Shown here one piece after another: positions 8,201 through 16,173 of a stretch of 27,127 nucleotides of DNA (position 1 is the first letter of the stretch; every line of letters starts with the position of its first letter). Where the stretch lies: positions 1-27,127 of the IMG/VR virus record IMGVR_UViG_3300005096_000516, one strand, 5' to 3'. The translations under genes and the position numbers were made by a program. Under the pieces are notes generated by a model. It worked only from the letters and a program-made list of their open reading frames with translations. It was not told the origin of the DNA and did no database searches. The DNA is from a virus. Its lineage: Duplodnaviria > Caudoviricetes.

Positions 8201-10215
8201 TGCATCCTACCAACAGCTTCCGAGAACATCGTTTGCGTCTGAATCACCGAAGAAGCCAGACCCTCTTGGGAAAACCAACTCCGTATCTGCTCCAGAACAG
8301 GCTGCATGGCCGACCATGTGCTCTGCAGCGCATTCTGGAGCCCACCCCATGCCACATTCCATTGCTCCTGCAAGACCGACAAAGCCGTCGGAAGGTTGGC
8401 CTCCAGCCACACCTTAGCTTCAGCCAACACGCTCTGAATCGTTGTCCAGGCCGTCGATAACGCAGCCTGAACAGCAGGCCACACACTTTCCCAGATGCCT
8501 TGCAACGCAGCCAGTGCCGTTGGGATCGTTGTCTCCAAAAAAGACAGCATCGCCTCTAGCGTAGGCGCCATCCCCTCCCACACGCTCGCCACTACCTGGC
8601 CAACCGCGCCCCATACTGTCTCAAATGCTGACTGCCATATCCCCACCGCAGCCGGCAGTACACTCCCAAGCCATCCCCTGATCTGCTCAACCAGCGGAGC
8701 CATCACCTCCACAGCCTGCTGTACACGCGGGGCTAGCACCCCCCAAACCTCCTGCCATACACCAAACAGCACATCTACTGCCTGCGGAATCGCCTCCTGC
8801 AGCCACCCGCGAATCGTCTCCACCAATGGCCCTATCATCTGCTGAGCCGTCGACACGACCGCCTGCATTCCAGTCCATGCCGTTTCCCATCCAGTTCGTA
8901 AAATTTCTACCGCCTGCGGGATTACCGTCCCAAACCAACTCCCTATCTGCTCTATAACTGGAGATAATGTGCTCAGCAGGGAGCCAACCTCATCACGGAA
9001 TCGCACCAAAGCATCTCGCAGCTGATCGCTGCTAGGCACAGCCTCTGCAAGCACGCCGATCCATTCCGTCAACCTTTGCACCATCGGTGTCAGGAAATTC
9101 TCAATCAACGGCGTGCCCACGTTAATCATCAACGCCTCCAGCGAACCCTGTAACTGCTCCCATGCCGCCGAGAGCCCTTTTGTCCGAGCATTTGCCACCT
9201 CCTGCGCCGTTGCTGCATTGGCGATCGCCTGTGTCATGTCATCCCAACCCTGTACGCCCTCAGCCAACAGCGTCTGCAACGCCTTCATGCCGTATGTGCC
9301 AGCCAACGTCTGAGCATATTGCTGCTTCTGCTTATCCGTGAGGCCTGCAAAGGAGGTGGAAAGCTGGGCGATGATATCCCGCATGGGTAACATCTTCCCC
9401 TGGGCATCAAACAGGGAGACACCCAATTCCAGCAACGCCTCCTGGGTCTTCTTCGTCGGTGACAGCAGATTGGCGAACATCGACTTCAGAGCCGTGCCCG
9501 CTTCCGCTCCCCGAATGCCTCGCGTACTCAAAATTGCCAGCGCCGTATTCGTTTCCTCCAGCGACAGCCCCATTGCCGCTGACGTCGGGCCCACATTTTG
9601 TAAAGCCTCTGCCAGATCAGCAACGGATGCCACGGATGCGTCGGCAGCACCCACAAAGTTGTTGGCGATCTGTGTGGCTTGCTCAGCACTGAGGTTAAAT
9701 GTTGCCATAGAAACGGCGACCACATCCGACGCCTGCGCCAGATCCAGCTCGCTCGCAGCCGCCAGGTCAACCGCCGCACGCAACGCCCCCGAGAGCGACG
9801 TCGTGCCCTCCAAATACCCCTGCAGATCCCCAAAGATCTGCTTCGTGTTCAGCCCGGCCTTGTAGAAATTCGTCATCGCATCGGCCGCCTCGCTGGCGCT
9901 GATCCCAACCAACTCCGTATCCGCACCAACCGCAACCGCTGCCTGTCGCAGATCTCCCAGCGCCGTCCCCGAAGAACGCGCCGCCACCGCTAGCACATTC
10001 ATCTGTGCTTCGAAATCCGCCGCCACTTGAGAACTCTTCATCCCAAAACCGACGATGGCGGCCCCCATCGTCGCCGTTGCGCCGATGAGTGCCGCCTTAC
10101 CTACGCCAGCGAACTTTCGGATTCCGTTGTCGGCCCGAGCCATCTCCCGCTGAAACTCGCCTATATCCGCCCCAACCGACACGAACAGCCGGGCCGCTTC
10201 AGAGCCTAGAGCCAC
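5233..10215 (-). CDS. Tail tape measure protein (TP901-type core)
   Basis: 1660 aa Ala-rich helical protein; GIRGAEAGTALKSM core; periodic Trp repeats; SPSRVF motifs; follows the chaperone genes. Confidence 0.95.
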   Translation of the reverse strand: MALGSEAARLFVSVGADIGEFQREMARADNGIRKFAGVGKAALIGATATMGAAIVGFGMKSSQVAADFEAQMNVLAVAARSSGTALGDLRQAAVAVGADTELVGISASEAADAMTNFYKAGLNTKQIFGDLQGYLEGTTSLSGALRAAVDLAAASELDLAQASDVVAVSMATFNLSAEQATQIANNFVGAADASVASVADLAEALQNVGPTSAAMGLSLEETNTALAILSTRGIRGAEAGTALKSMFANLLSPTKKTQEALLELGVSLFDAQGKMLPMRDIIAQLSTSFAGLTDKQKQQYAQTLAGTYGMKALQTLLAEGVQGWDDMTQAIANAATAQEVANARTKGLSAAWEQLQGSLEALMINVGTPLIENFLTPMVQRLTEWIGVLAEAVPSSDQLRDALVRFRDEVGSLLSTLSPVIEQIGSWFGTVIPQAVEILRTGWETAWTGMQAVVSTAQQMIGPLVETIRGWLQEAIPQAVDVLFGVWQEVWGVLAPRVQQAVEVMAPLVEQIRGWLGSVLPAAVGIWQSAFETVWGAVGQVVASVWEGMAPTLEAMLSFLETTIPTALAALQGIWESVWPAVQAALSTAWTTIQSVLAEAKVWLEANLPTALSVLQEQWNVAWGGLQNALQSTWSAMQPVLEQIRSWFSQEGLASSVIQTQTMFSEAVGRMQEVWGLLAEYFGPTVDRIITAFQDMIAEFAKMGPEFQALWEAARPVLEPLAKLLGTTLVIAVKLFGETLAAIMGAVPTVVGSVVRSATVFFTTLRTVFEEVVAAIKALIEGDYSVALEHAKQAIKAMADGAIAILGNFLKMETAIITSLFQAIVNTFADLPGEAGQKFQEMYDAAKIKMDNLLATVRQMLYNVRSAISNFSLHGVGAALIDSMISGVKSKAAALASAAKGVVSSAISAAKAALGMHSPSRVFIEIGENTMLGFAIGIKRGAKRVRDALSVSLKVSSTDDVSAFSEIVEALDKAVDNLVGMQDALRRWRLSPGWYRRAREVFEAAMRMMDLVVETADAYVGDGLKKARILIEAVPKVVDAIGGVVSYLDDLRRFRAPTYVRRTTREIVEFAGWLIDAVSAMARDFSEMGLAASRKFMAAVGDMVSGLGDALDLLGRLRFYVNVRGTGNIRRFMRDVQGVVFAIRNWVLRQFPHLSTSLIDAWGNAIGSLADGLGSALDLLGGLHEYVNVRGTGNIRRFMRDVQGLVFAIRNWVLQQFPRLSTELIDAWGGAIGSLAGGLGSALDLLGGLHEYVNVRGTGNIRRFMRDVQGLMFAFRNWILSQFQRMSTDLMEQWGGAIGSLADGLGSTLDLLRGLVTYVAPSEAAIAAFMDGVRQVVARAYQFVVTQLSNEVLDTVGAFGEALGSLASGLGDMLRLFQDLMDTNLAGWLAGPNGGVVGSAFDRQLQAFNLALLRAINSWRDWIINTLDPQAAELVANFSDVLQRIVGGFQAALSFLSDLGGTTMPTLDQIQAFMQAVLDLFRAFADALGDQAASFYEAGAAMMRGLARGLADFALYPSVPGSVAQIAQQAGQAIGQGLATGMSDALDEVTNEAAIMAREAAKMAQHELGVSSPSRVFVEIGRALPEGLALGIRQRMGAASQALRDLMPGSGMPAFALAGGGYGGNVYNVDVHVQGGDRDSAEALARAIVREMVQAGVRLR
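6280..6900 (-). repeat. 198-bp (66-aa) tandem repeat, about 3 copies, in tape measure gene
   Basis: GCACATCCCTCATGAACCT recurs at 6411, 6609, 6807; YVNVRGTGNIRRFMRDVQG occurs three times. Confidence 0.95.
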
Positions 10216-10401
10216 CTACCGCCTCCTGATCGCACGCCGTGCCCGGGCACGCTGCTCTGCCCTCTTGCGCTCTCGCTTCCGCTCGTGCTCCCGCAACTGC
10301 TCCAGCGCCACCCAATACGTGAACTCAGCCGTACTCATGCGCTGGCGGAGCTCGGCTACCGTCATTCCCAACCGCTCCGCCAGCGCAAACTCAAACATCA
10401 A
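10216..10401 (-). CDS. Tail assembly chaperone, downstream (T-like) segment
   Basis: LAERLGMTVAELRQRMSTAEFTYW motif typical of the gpT-like ORF before TMP; weak SD, probably reached by frameshift. Confidence 0.75.
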   Translation of the reverse strand: MMFEFALAERLGMTVAELRQRMSTAEFTYWVALEQLREHERKRERKRAEQRARARRAIRRR

Positions 10402-10402
10402 A

Positions 10403-10765
10403 TCAGGATTCTTCAGGAAAGGAACGCTTCGCTTCCTCCACCGCCTCCCTCGTCAGGCCGGAAAGCTCCAGGATCGCCCGCAGCACACGATCGATTGCCC
10501 CTGCGGACTTCTTCCTGAGCAACTCGTAGTGCTCCTCCGTGAAGGCTGGATCAACCACACCGTGGATGAACATCAACATCTCCAGCCGGTCGCCGTCGAT
10601 CTCCCCCTTCACCGTCGCCTTCTTTCGCAGCTCCTGCTGAGTTGCCTTGGAAAACGATCGAATGCGAACGGCGCCGCCCCACTCCGGCACCTCGATCACA
10701 CGCTCCTCCAGATCCGGAGCCTCCAGCACCTGCTCCACAGACAGAATCTTCACCCTACCAGCCAT
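10403..10765 (-). CDS. Tail assembly chaperone (G-like)
   Basis: IEVPEWGGAVRIRS motif; between tail tube and TMP; ATG 10765 with GGAGGTG SD. Confidence 0.85.
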   Translation of the reverse strand: MAGRVKILSVEQVLEAPDLEERVIEVPEWGGAVRIRSFSKATQQELRKKATVKGEIDGDRLEMLMFIHGVVDPAFTEEHYELLRKKSAGAIDRVLRAILELSGLTREAVEEAKRSFPEES

Positions 10766-10777
10766 GTCACCTCCCGC

Positions 10778-10825
10778 CAACTCGCTCACTCGCTGATTCG
10801 CTGATTCGCCCACTCGCTGACTCGC
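10778..10825. repeat. Octamer tandem repeat x6 (consensus TGAYTCGC)
   Basis: CAACTCGC TCACTCGC TGATTCGC TGATTCGC CCACTCGC TGACTCGC fills most of the tube/chaperone spacer. Confidence 0.9.
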
Positions 10826-10827
10826 TC

Positions 10828-11238
10828 TTAGTACGTGCCGCGGGTGATGCTATCGGACACCTGGAACTCCGCCGAGAACGTAGCAGCCCCGTCCACGCCG
10901 GTGGTCACCTCGTACGACGTACAAATGCACTCACCCGTGTACTTCGGAGACCCCGTGCTGCTACCGGCCGGCCCATACTCAAAGGACGACGTAGAGCTGG
11001 CCCCCAAAATGCCGTTGAGCAGGCTGTCCACCGTCGGATCATAGACCCCCTCGATACTGATCGTCGCATCCTTCAGACCGGCGATGTACACCTTGCTGCT
11101 CTTGCCCAGCGTCGTCACCTCCGCCGTATCCGCCGACTCCGGGAAACTCACACTGGTCACATACGAACTGATGTCCGTCAGAGTCCCGCCAGAATCATCG
11201 ATCTTGAACACCGCATTCGAACCATGTGAGAAAGCCAT
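10828..11238 (-). CDS. Major tail (tube) protein
   Basis: ADTAEVTTLGKSSKVYIAGLKDATISIEG ... FSAEFQVS; position before chaperone; GGAGG SD. Confidence 0.85.
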   Translation of the reverse strand: MAFSHGSNAVFKIDDSGGTLTDISSYVTSVSFPESADTAEVTTLGKSSKVYIAGLKDATISIEGVYDPTVDSLLNGILGASSTSSFEYGPAGSSTGSPKYTGECICTSYEVTTGVDGAATFSAEFQVSDSITRGTY

Positions 11239-11262
11239 CGTCAAAACCTCCTATCCATGTCA

Positions 11263-11955
11263 TCAGTCTCGATGAATCCCCGCCCAGAACGTGCAGGGCT
11301 GATCCCACGAAACCCGCACATACCGATCGATCGTGCCGCTGATCTCCACACGCTGCCCGGAACGACCGCTGACCGCCGAGAACGTCGCCAGCGTACTCCA
11401 CGTCACGTTATCCGGGCTATGCTCCACAGTCACCGTGGCTGGAGTACCGGGAACCGCCGTCACGATGAGATACGCCGACCCACCATTCGACGTGGAAGCA
11501 CCGTTATCCAACGCAGACCCGGACCCGGCAGCCGCCTCCGCTCCCAGGGCATGCAGCGTATCCAACCGCTCCATCCCGCTGGACGACTGCCCCTCCACGC
11601 TTACCGTAGTCGCCCCATCCACGGGAGAACTGACCTCGTAGCTCGTCTCGATGCACTCAAACCCATACCCATCGTTGCCGAAGCCATCCCCCTGCGGCAG
11701 CCACACCCACACCACATCGTCCACGCCCAGCGCCGCAGATAGAACAGCATCCACCGCATCCGTGGCGCCGTCGTAGAACCCCTCGCCGGAGAAGGTCGCA
11801 TCCTTCAACCCGGCGATGTACACCTTCGCAGACTTCCCGAAAGTCGTCACCTCCGCCGTATCCGCCGAGCCGCTGGCACTGAACTGGCTCAGATAGCTCG
11901 ACAGATCATAACCGTTGGCGTAGACCTTCGCCTGAGAACCGTGCCCAAAGCTCAC
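11263..11955 (-). CDS. Second tail-tube paralogue with extra C-terminal beta domain
   Basis: ADTAEVTTFGKSAKVYIAGLKDATFSGEG nearly identical to the tube gene; C-terminus resembles 14044-14367. Confidence 0.8.
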   Translation of the reverse strand: MSFGHGSQAKVYANGYDLSSYLSQFSASGSADTAEVTTFGKSAKVYIAGLKDATFSGEGFYDGATDAVDAVLSAALGVDDVVWVWLPQGDGFGNDGYGFECIETSYEVSSPVDGATTVSVEGQSSSGMERLDTLHALGAEAAAGSGSALDNGASTSNGGSAYLIVTAVPGTPATVTVEHSPDNVTWSTLATFSAVSGRSGQRVEISGTIDRYVRVSWDQPCTFWAGIHRD

Positions 11956-11967
11956 ATCACCACCTCC

Positions 11968-12369
11968 CTATAACGGTGATACGATCACACGATAGAGCCC
12001 GCCCACATGCCAGTACTGCACCCCATCCACCACCTCCGTGTACTTCACATCCGACTCCCGACGGACATACAGCGTCGCGTACCCCGCGACGCTGAGGCTC
12101 GCATCGTGCAAAACCCCATCGATCAGGTCATACACCTCGCCCGCCGTCTTCGCCGACCCGCCCCGATCCACGCACTTGACCTGATACAGCAGCGATCGCA
12201 GCATACGCCGGCGCAACGTATAAGCATCCGTCCCGGCCTGCTCCTGAAACACCACAAAGGGTGTAGAGACGGACGACGGCGCCAGAGCGTTATACACTCC
12301 CGTCACCTTCGCCATCAGCGCCGCATCACTCGTCAGCGCCTCATAGATCGCCTGATCCACCTGATTCAC
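11968..12369 (-). CDS. Tail terminator/completion protein (DUF3168-like)
   Basis: AIYEALTSDAALMAKVTGVYN..AP...PFVVF pattern; synteny. Confidence 0.8.
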   Translation of the reverse strand: MNQVDQAIYEALTSDAALMAKVTGVYNALAPSSVSTPFVVFQEQAGTDAYTLRRRMLRSLLYQVKCVDRGGSAKTAGEVYDLIDGVLHDASLSVAGYATLYVRRESDVKYTEVVDGVQYWHVGGLYRVIVSPL

Positions 12370-12385
12370 GTTAATACCTCAATGA

Positions 12386-12727
12386 TCACACCTTCGCGAT
12401 CCGCTTCATCGCCTCAATGAACTCCGGGCGCACCCTCTCCGCCGCAGGCGTCATATACGGCTTAGCCCCCATCCGACGCGTCCCATACTCCACATAAGGC
12501 GCATACTCCACACCCGTCGCCACTACCCCCCGGAACCCATCCGCCTCGATCACCGTATGAATACTGTTCTTCAGATTCCCCGTATCCACGGGAACCACCA
12601 TCTTCGCATGCGCCTCGATATCATGCGCCGCCTTCGCCACAGCCGCCCTGGTCGTCTCAGGCGCCCGGCGGGCGATCTCAGGGAACCGGTTAAACACGAT
12701 CCGAATGTTTGCCCTCCCCCTCGCCAT
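12386..12727 (-). CDS. HK97 gp10-like tail component
   Basis: VPVDTGNLKNSI, VEYAPYVEYGTRRMGAKPYMTPA. Confidence 0.9.
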   Translation of the reverse strand: MARGRANIRIVFNRFPEIARRAPETTRAAVAKAAHDIEAHAKMVVPVDTGNLKNSIHTVIEADGFRGVVATGVEYAPYVEYGTRRMGAKPYMTPAAERVRPEFIEAMKRIAKV

Positions 12728-13089
12728 CACGAAACCTCCACCACTAACACACGCCTGCACATCTCCCAACTCCCGGCCGACAAAACACCGACCACCTCAT
12801 ACGTCGTACCGGAAAGCACCACACGATCCTCATTCGTAACATCCGTCCCGGCTGGCAGCGTCAGCATCCACAATGTGCGTCCGGTGAACTTCTCCGCAAT
12901 CGCCGCTTCCTCCGGTCGGTAGCGTGACGTCGCGATCCGGCACTTCACCCCCGTCGCCAGGTCGCTCCACGTCTCCGTGTAGCCCCCCATTCCATCCGAC
13001 ACCAGCGTCTTGCGCCGGATCGTGCACGTATCCGGCAACGCCGCATCCTGTGCCTCCCTCATCGCAGCCAGATCGCTAGCCGATAACAT
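12727..13089 (-). CDS. Head closure / head-tail adaptor (SPP1 gp16-like)
   Basis: SDGMGGYTETWSDLA, LTLPAGTDVTNEDRVV...TYEVVGV; start overlaps upstream stop (TGATG). Confidence 0.8.
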   Translation of the reverse strand: MLSASDLAAMREAQDAALPDTCTIRRKTLVSDGMGGYTETWSDLATGVKCRIATSRYRPEEAAIAEKFTGRTLWMLTLPAGTDVTNEDRVVLSGTTYEVVGVLSAGSWEMCRRVLVVEVS

Positions 13090-13292
13090 CACCGCTCCCA
13101 CCTATTCTCCAGCGCCGTCACCCGATCACTCAACTCCGTAATCAAGCCGGACAACTCCTGCATCGCCTTCGTATTCGACTGCACGACCGACACCACCTCA
13201 CGCACCAGCCGCTCGTAGGCCACAAAGATGAGGACGGCCATCACCGCCCCAAACCCGAATGTTGACAAGCCGCTGATCCACTCCGGCATCAT
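13089..13292 (-). CDS. Small single-TM plus coiled-coil protein, holin-like (BhlA/UviB style)
   Basis: N-terminal TM FGFGAVMAVLIFVAY, then heptad-like VQSNTKAMQELSGLITELSDRV. Confidence 0.55.
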   Translation of the reverse strand: MMPEWISGLSTFGFGAVMAVLIFVAYERLVREVVSVVQSNTKAMQELSGLITELSDRVTALENRWER

Positions 13293-13293
13293 C

Positions 13294-13485
13294 TCACCTC
13301 GTGATAGGCTGCTTCGTCATGAACCGGAGCGCCAGGTTAATCACCGTCACTACCACCAGCGCCCACTGTTGCACCTCCGGCGACGGCTCGAAATCGCCGT
13401 ACCCGAACGCCGTCGCTACCGTCACCAACAACGCCAGCAAGTTGAACCAAAACGTCCTACTCTTCCAGAACGGCTTCCCGCCCAT
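13294..13485 (-). CDS. Small two-TM protein, putative holin
   Basis: KPFWKSRTFWFNLLALLV ... VVVTVINLALRFMTKQPI, a pattern common in small phage membrane proteins. Confidence 0.6.
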   Translation of the reverse strand: MGGKPFWKSRTFWFNLLALLVTVATAFGYGDFEPSPEVQQWALVVVTVINLALRFMTKQPITR

Positions 13486-13515
13486 CGCTACACACTCCTC
13501 GCTTCACGCTCTCCG

Positions 13516-14040
13516 CTACACGTCATTTCTCACCATCACCGCCACCTGCGGCCTAGACCTACGCCGATAGCGCTTCGCCAGCTCCAACAGCGCCTCCCGC
13601 TTCTGGCTGCGCCGGAACCGCCCACCATCGGCGTCGAAATCGAACTCCAGCGCTACCTTCGCCGCCCACGCCTCAAGCACATCCGCAGCCGCAGCGTAAA
13701 GATCATACGACTTCCCCGTGATGAACACCGGCGGATCCTGGTCGGCGAACGTCCAGTGCCCGGTGAGCCAGTCGCTGGAAGATGGCGTCAGATCATCCCC
13801 ATCCGCATCCTCCAGTACGGCATCGCTCTCCCAATCGCCGTAGTCGGCATAGTAGTCCGTATACGTCACCGTGCCAGCCGCCCACGTCGTCTCAGGACGC
13901 AACCGGGCACGACGCACATCCAACCTGCGAGCATCCAGAAAATCCTGCAGCTCATCATCCGTCCACGTCTGGCTGGTACCCGAATCGTTGATCAACCGCC
14001 GCAGCCTGGTGATCAGATCGGCCATCGTCGTGCGTGCCAT
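13516..14040 (-). CDS. Head-tail connector (adaptor) protein
   Basis: LITRLRRLIND...WTDDELQDFLD, YDLYAAAADVLEAWAAK; position after capsid genes. Confidence 0.75.
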   Translation of the reverse strand: MARTTMADLITRLRRLINDSGTSQTWTDDELQDFLDARRLDVRRARLRPETTWAAGTVTYTDYYADYGDWESDAVLEDADGDDLTPSSSDWLTGHWTFADQDPPVFITGKSYDLYAAAADVLEAWAAKVALEFDFDADGGRFRRSQKREALLELAKRYRRRSRPQVAVMVRNDV

Positions 14041-14043
14041 CGC

Positions 14044-14367
14044 CTACCGCCCTATCGCCTTCACCTCAAACGTGAAACTCGGGGTCGTCCCCCCGATCGT
14101 CGCCCTTGCTCGCACATATCGCCCCAACCGATTGGCACGCACCACATCCACGCCCACAGCCGTCTTCGTGGAAAACGTGGCAAGCGTGGCCCACACACTG
14201 CCGTCAGGCGAATCCTCCACCACCACATCCAGCGTCGGCGACGTACCGGAGACGGCCGTGATGTTGAGATACACGGCCATCTCACGGACATCATCGGCCA
14301 CGTCCTCCGCGTCTCCGGTTACGTCCGCGCTTCTCGCCGCCAGCGCCAGCAGCGTCATCTCCTGCAT
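14044..14367 (-). CDS. Small beta-rich virion protein (possible capsid decoration)
   Basis: 107 aa beta-strand pattern VYLNITAVSGTSPTLDVVVEDSPDG..W...RYVRA; GGAGG SD; near the capsid gene. Confidence 0.65.
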   Translation of the reverse strand: MQEMTLLALAARSADVTGDAEDVADDVREMAVYLNITAVSGTSPTLDVVVEDSPDGSVWATLATFSTKTAVGVDVVRANRLGRYVRARATIGGTTPSFTFEVKAIGR

Positions 14368-14509
14368 CCGGCACCTCCAATCCCTGCGCCTGGTACCAGG
14401 CCACTACCTCGCTACCCGTTGCCACACGGAACCCCTGCGCCGTCAACCCATCCACCCACCCATCCGGCACATGTCGCACTGCACCCCCCGGATTCACCAC
14501 GAACGCCAT
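14291..14509 (-). CDS. Small hypothetical protein after major capsid gene
   Basis: MAFVVNPGGAVRHV...; SD GGGGGTG; 3' end overlaps the next gene. Confidence 0.55.
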   Translation of the reverse strand: MAFVVNPGGAVRHVPDGWVDGLTAQGFRVATGSEVVAWYQAQGLEVPDAGDDAAGAGGEKRGRNRRRGGRGR

Positions 14510-14525
14510 CACTCACCCCCGTATA

Positions 14526-14580
14526 CAGCAGGCAGCAGTTAGCTGGTAGCCATTAGCCGACCGCTAACTGCTACCTGCTG
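14526..14580 (-). repeat. 18-bp stem-loop built from heptamer units just downstream of the capsid gene
   Basis: CAGCAGGCAGCAGTTAGC / GCTAACTGCTACCTGCTG; the single mismatch is a G-U pair in minus-strand RNA. Confidence 0.75.
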
Positions 14581-14591
14581 ACCGCTAACGG

Positions 14592-15494
14592 CTAGCTCAA
14601 CACCACCACGCCGGCCGCATCCCGCAGCACCTTCACGCCATACAACACGTCCATCGTCACCTGAACGCCCAGATAATTGGGGTTGTACGCGTACAGGATG
14701 CGCAGCACCAGACCGCTCTCCGGATCCCGGATCGTGGCCGCCCGAGCTCCCGTGTTCGGCGGCGGCTCCGGCAAACCCCGCATCGCCAGGATGAACGCCT
14801 CCGGATGGATCGCCAGATTCTTCGTGCTGTTCGGCGTCCCCGTCACCACCGGCACCAGCTGGCTCATCCAGATTGTGAAGCCATACAGCCGCCCGATGGC
14901 CCCGTCTGGGATCCCAACCCGGTTGAAAGCAAAGTAGCTGGCCAGGTTGGAATCACCCAGCAGAGCGATCTCATCCTTGCTGGAGATGATGAGATGCCGA
15001 TCGTTCTGCGGCACCTTGTTGTCGTTCATCGTCTTGCGAGCGCTGCGCACCGTGGAAGCCGTAATGTCCGTCCCAGAGGTGCCCACGCTGTTCGTCAGAC
15101 TCGCATACAGCGCAAACAGATCGGTCTCGATCTGCTCTGCCAGAGCGATGGCGGCGGACTGGACGTACCGATCCATCACATCCTGGTTCGCCTGCGCCCG
15201 CACCACATCCTCCACCAGGAAGGAGACTTCCTTATGCTTGTTCAGCTGCACCTGCACCTCAGATCCGCCGGATGGCGTCTGCAGCGTCACCGCCGTATCC
15301 GCAGCCTTGTCGTTGGCCGTGAACGTGCCCGGATACGGGATATGCAGGATGTCACCCACCTGGAACGCCGCCACGTCGCTATCCTTGGTCACCAGTCTCG
15401 CCAGGACGATATTGGAACGCAGCACCTCCAGCGCCCGCTGCGCCCAGATCTCCGGAATGAAGTACTGCGCAACCGTAGTCGTTACGTTAGCCAT
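14592..15494 (-). CDS. Major capsid protein (P22 coat gp5-like, HK97 fold)
   Basis: FIPEIWAQRAL, GDILHIP, LAEQIETDL, GAIGRLYGFTIWMS, DVLYGVKVLR. Confidence 0.92.
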   Translation of the reverse strand: MANVTTTVAQYFIPEIWAQRALEVLRSNIVLARLVTKDSDVAAFQVGDILHIPYPGTFTANDKAADTAVTLQTPSGGSEVQVQLNKHKEVSFLVEDVVRAQANQDVMDRYVQSAAIALAEQIETDLFALYASLTNSVGTSGTDITASTVRSARKTMNDNKVPQNDRHLIISSKDEIALLGDSNLASYFAFNRVGIPDGAIGRLYGFTIWMSQLVPVVTGTPNSTKNLAIHPEAFILAMRGLPEPPPNTGARAATIRDPESGLVLRILYAYNPNYLGVQVTMDVLYGVKVLRDAAGVVVLS

Positions 15495-15500
15495 TGCTCA

Positions 15501-16169
15501 CTAACCTCCCTCATCGTCAACGATCCTTCCCTCTCGAAGCGCCTGCATGATCTCATCCTTGTGCTCCGCATAGAACTTCGGATCCCGGAGCTGCGACCGA
15601 GTGAAAACCTGTTGTCGCCTAGGTGGATTCGTTGGGCTCACCCCGGCCGCTGCAGGCTGGCCACGAAGATACGGCTTCGCCTTCACCAGCTCCTGCAGCG
15701 CCTGATCCACGTTCAGCGGCGTACCGTCCTCATCGAACTCGATGGACGCCAGATCAAGCAATCGCCATGCCGCATCCGGATCCACGATCCCCATCTGCGA
15801 AGCCCGCAGCTTCACCTCGTACTGCAGCGTGCGCTCCTGGCGCTCCCGCTCCAGCTCCGCCAGCCGGGCTTCATACTCCGCCACCCGGCGCTGCAACCGC
15901 TCCTGCTCCGAAAGCTCCGCCTCCTCCTTCTCCTCCAGCGTCCTCTCCAGCTCTCGCAGGCGCTTGCGATACTGGGCCGCCTCAGCCCTCAACTTCCTCA
16001 CATACTCCGCATCGAACGTCTGCGCCTCGGGCTCCTGGCCCTCGGCCTCGGGCCCCTGGCCCTCCATCTCGCCGACTCGCTCATTCGCTGACTCGCTCAC
16101 TCGCTGATTCGCTGACTCGTCCGGCCCCTGGCCAACGTTGGGCTCCTGGCCCATCACCTCGTCTTTCAT
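15501..16169 (-). CDS. Capsid scaffolding protein
   Basis: Acidic N-terminus, TFDAEYVRKLRAEAAQYR, coiled coil, LVKAKPYL; directly before capsid. Confidence 0.88.
   Translation of the reverse strand: MKDEVMGQEPNVGQGPDESANQRVSESANERVGEMEGQGPEAEGQEPEAQTFDAEYVRKLRAEAAQYRKRLRELERTLEEKEEAELSEQERLQRRVAEYEARLAELERERQERTLQYEVKLRASQMGIVDPDAAWRLLDLASIEFDEDGTPLNVDQALQELVKAKPYLRGQPAAAGVSPTNPPRRQQVFTRSQLRDPKFYAEHKDEIMQALREGRIVDDEGG
16073..16120. repeat. Octamer tandem repeat x6 inside scaffold CDS
   Basis: CGACTCGC TCATTCGC TGACTCGC TCACTCGC TGATTCGC TGACTCGT (48 nt, encodes DESANQRVSESANERVG). Confidence 0.9.
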
Positions 16170-16173
16170 CGTC

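Noticed and set aside
10766-10813. N-terminal extension MGESANQRVSELAGGD of the tail chaperone
   Set aside because: It is the translated octamer repeat; the strong SD points to ATG 10765
13228-16091. Long + strand ORFs (13228-14556, 14805-16091; also 25160-26311)
   Set aside because: Antisense shadows of clear phage genes in high-GC DNA; Arg/His/Pro-rich with no motifs
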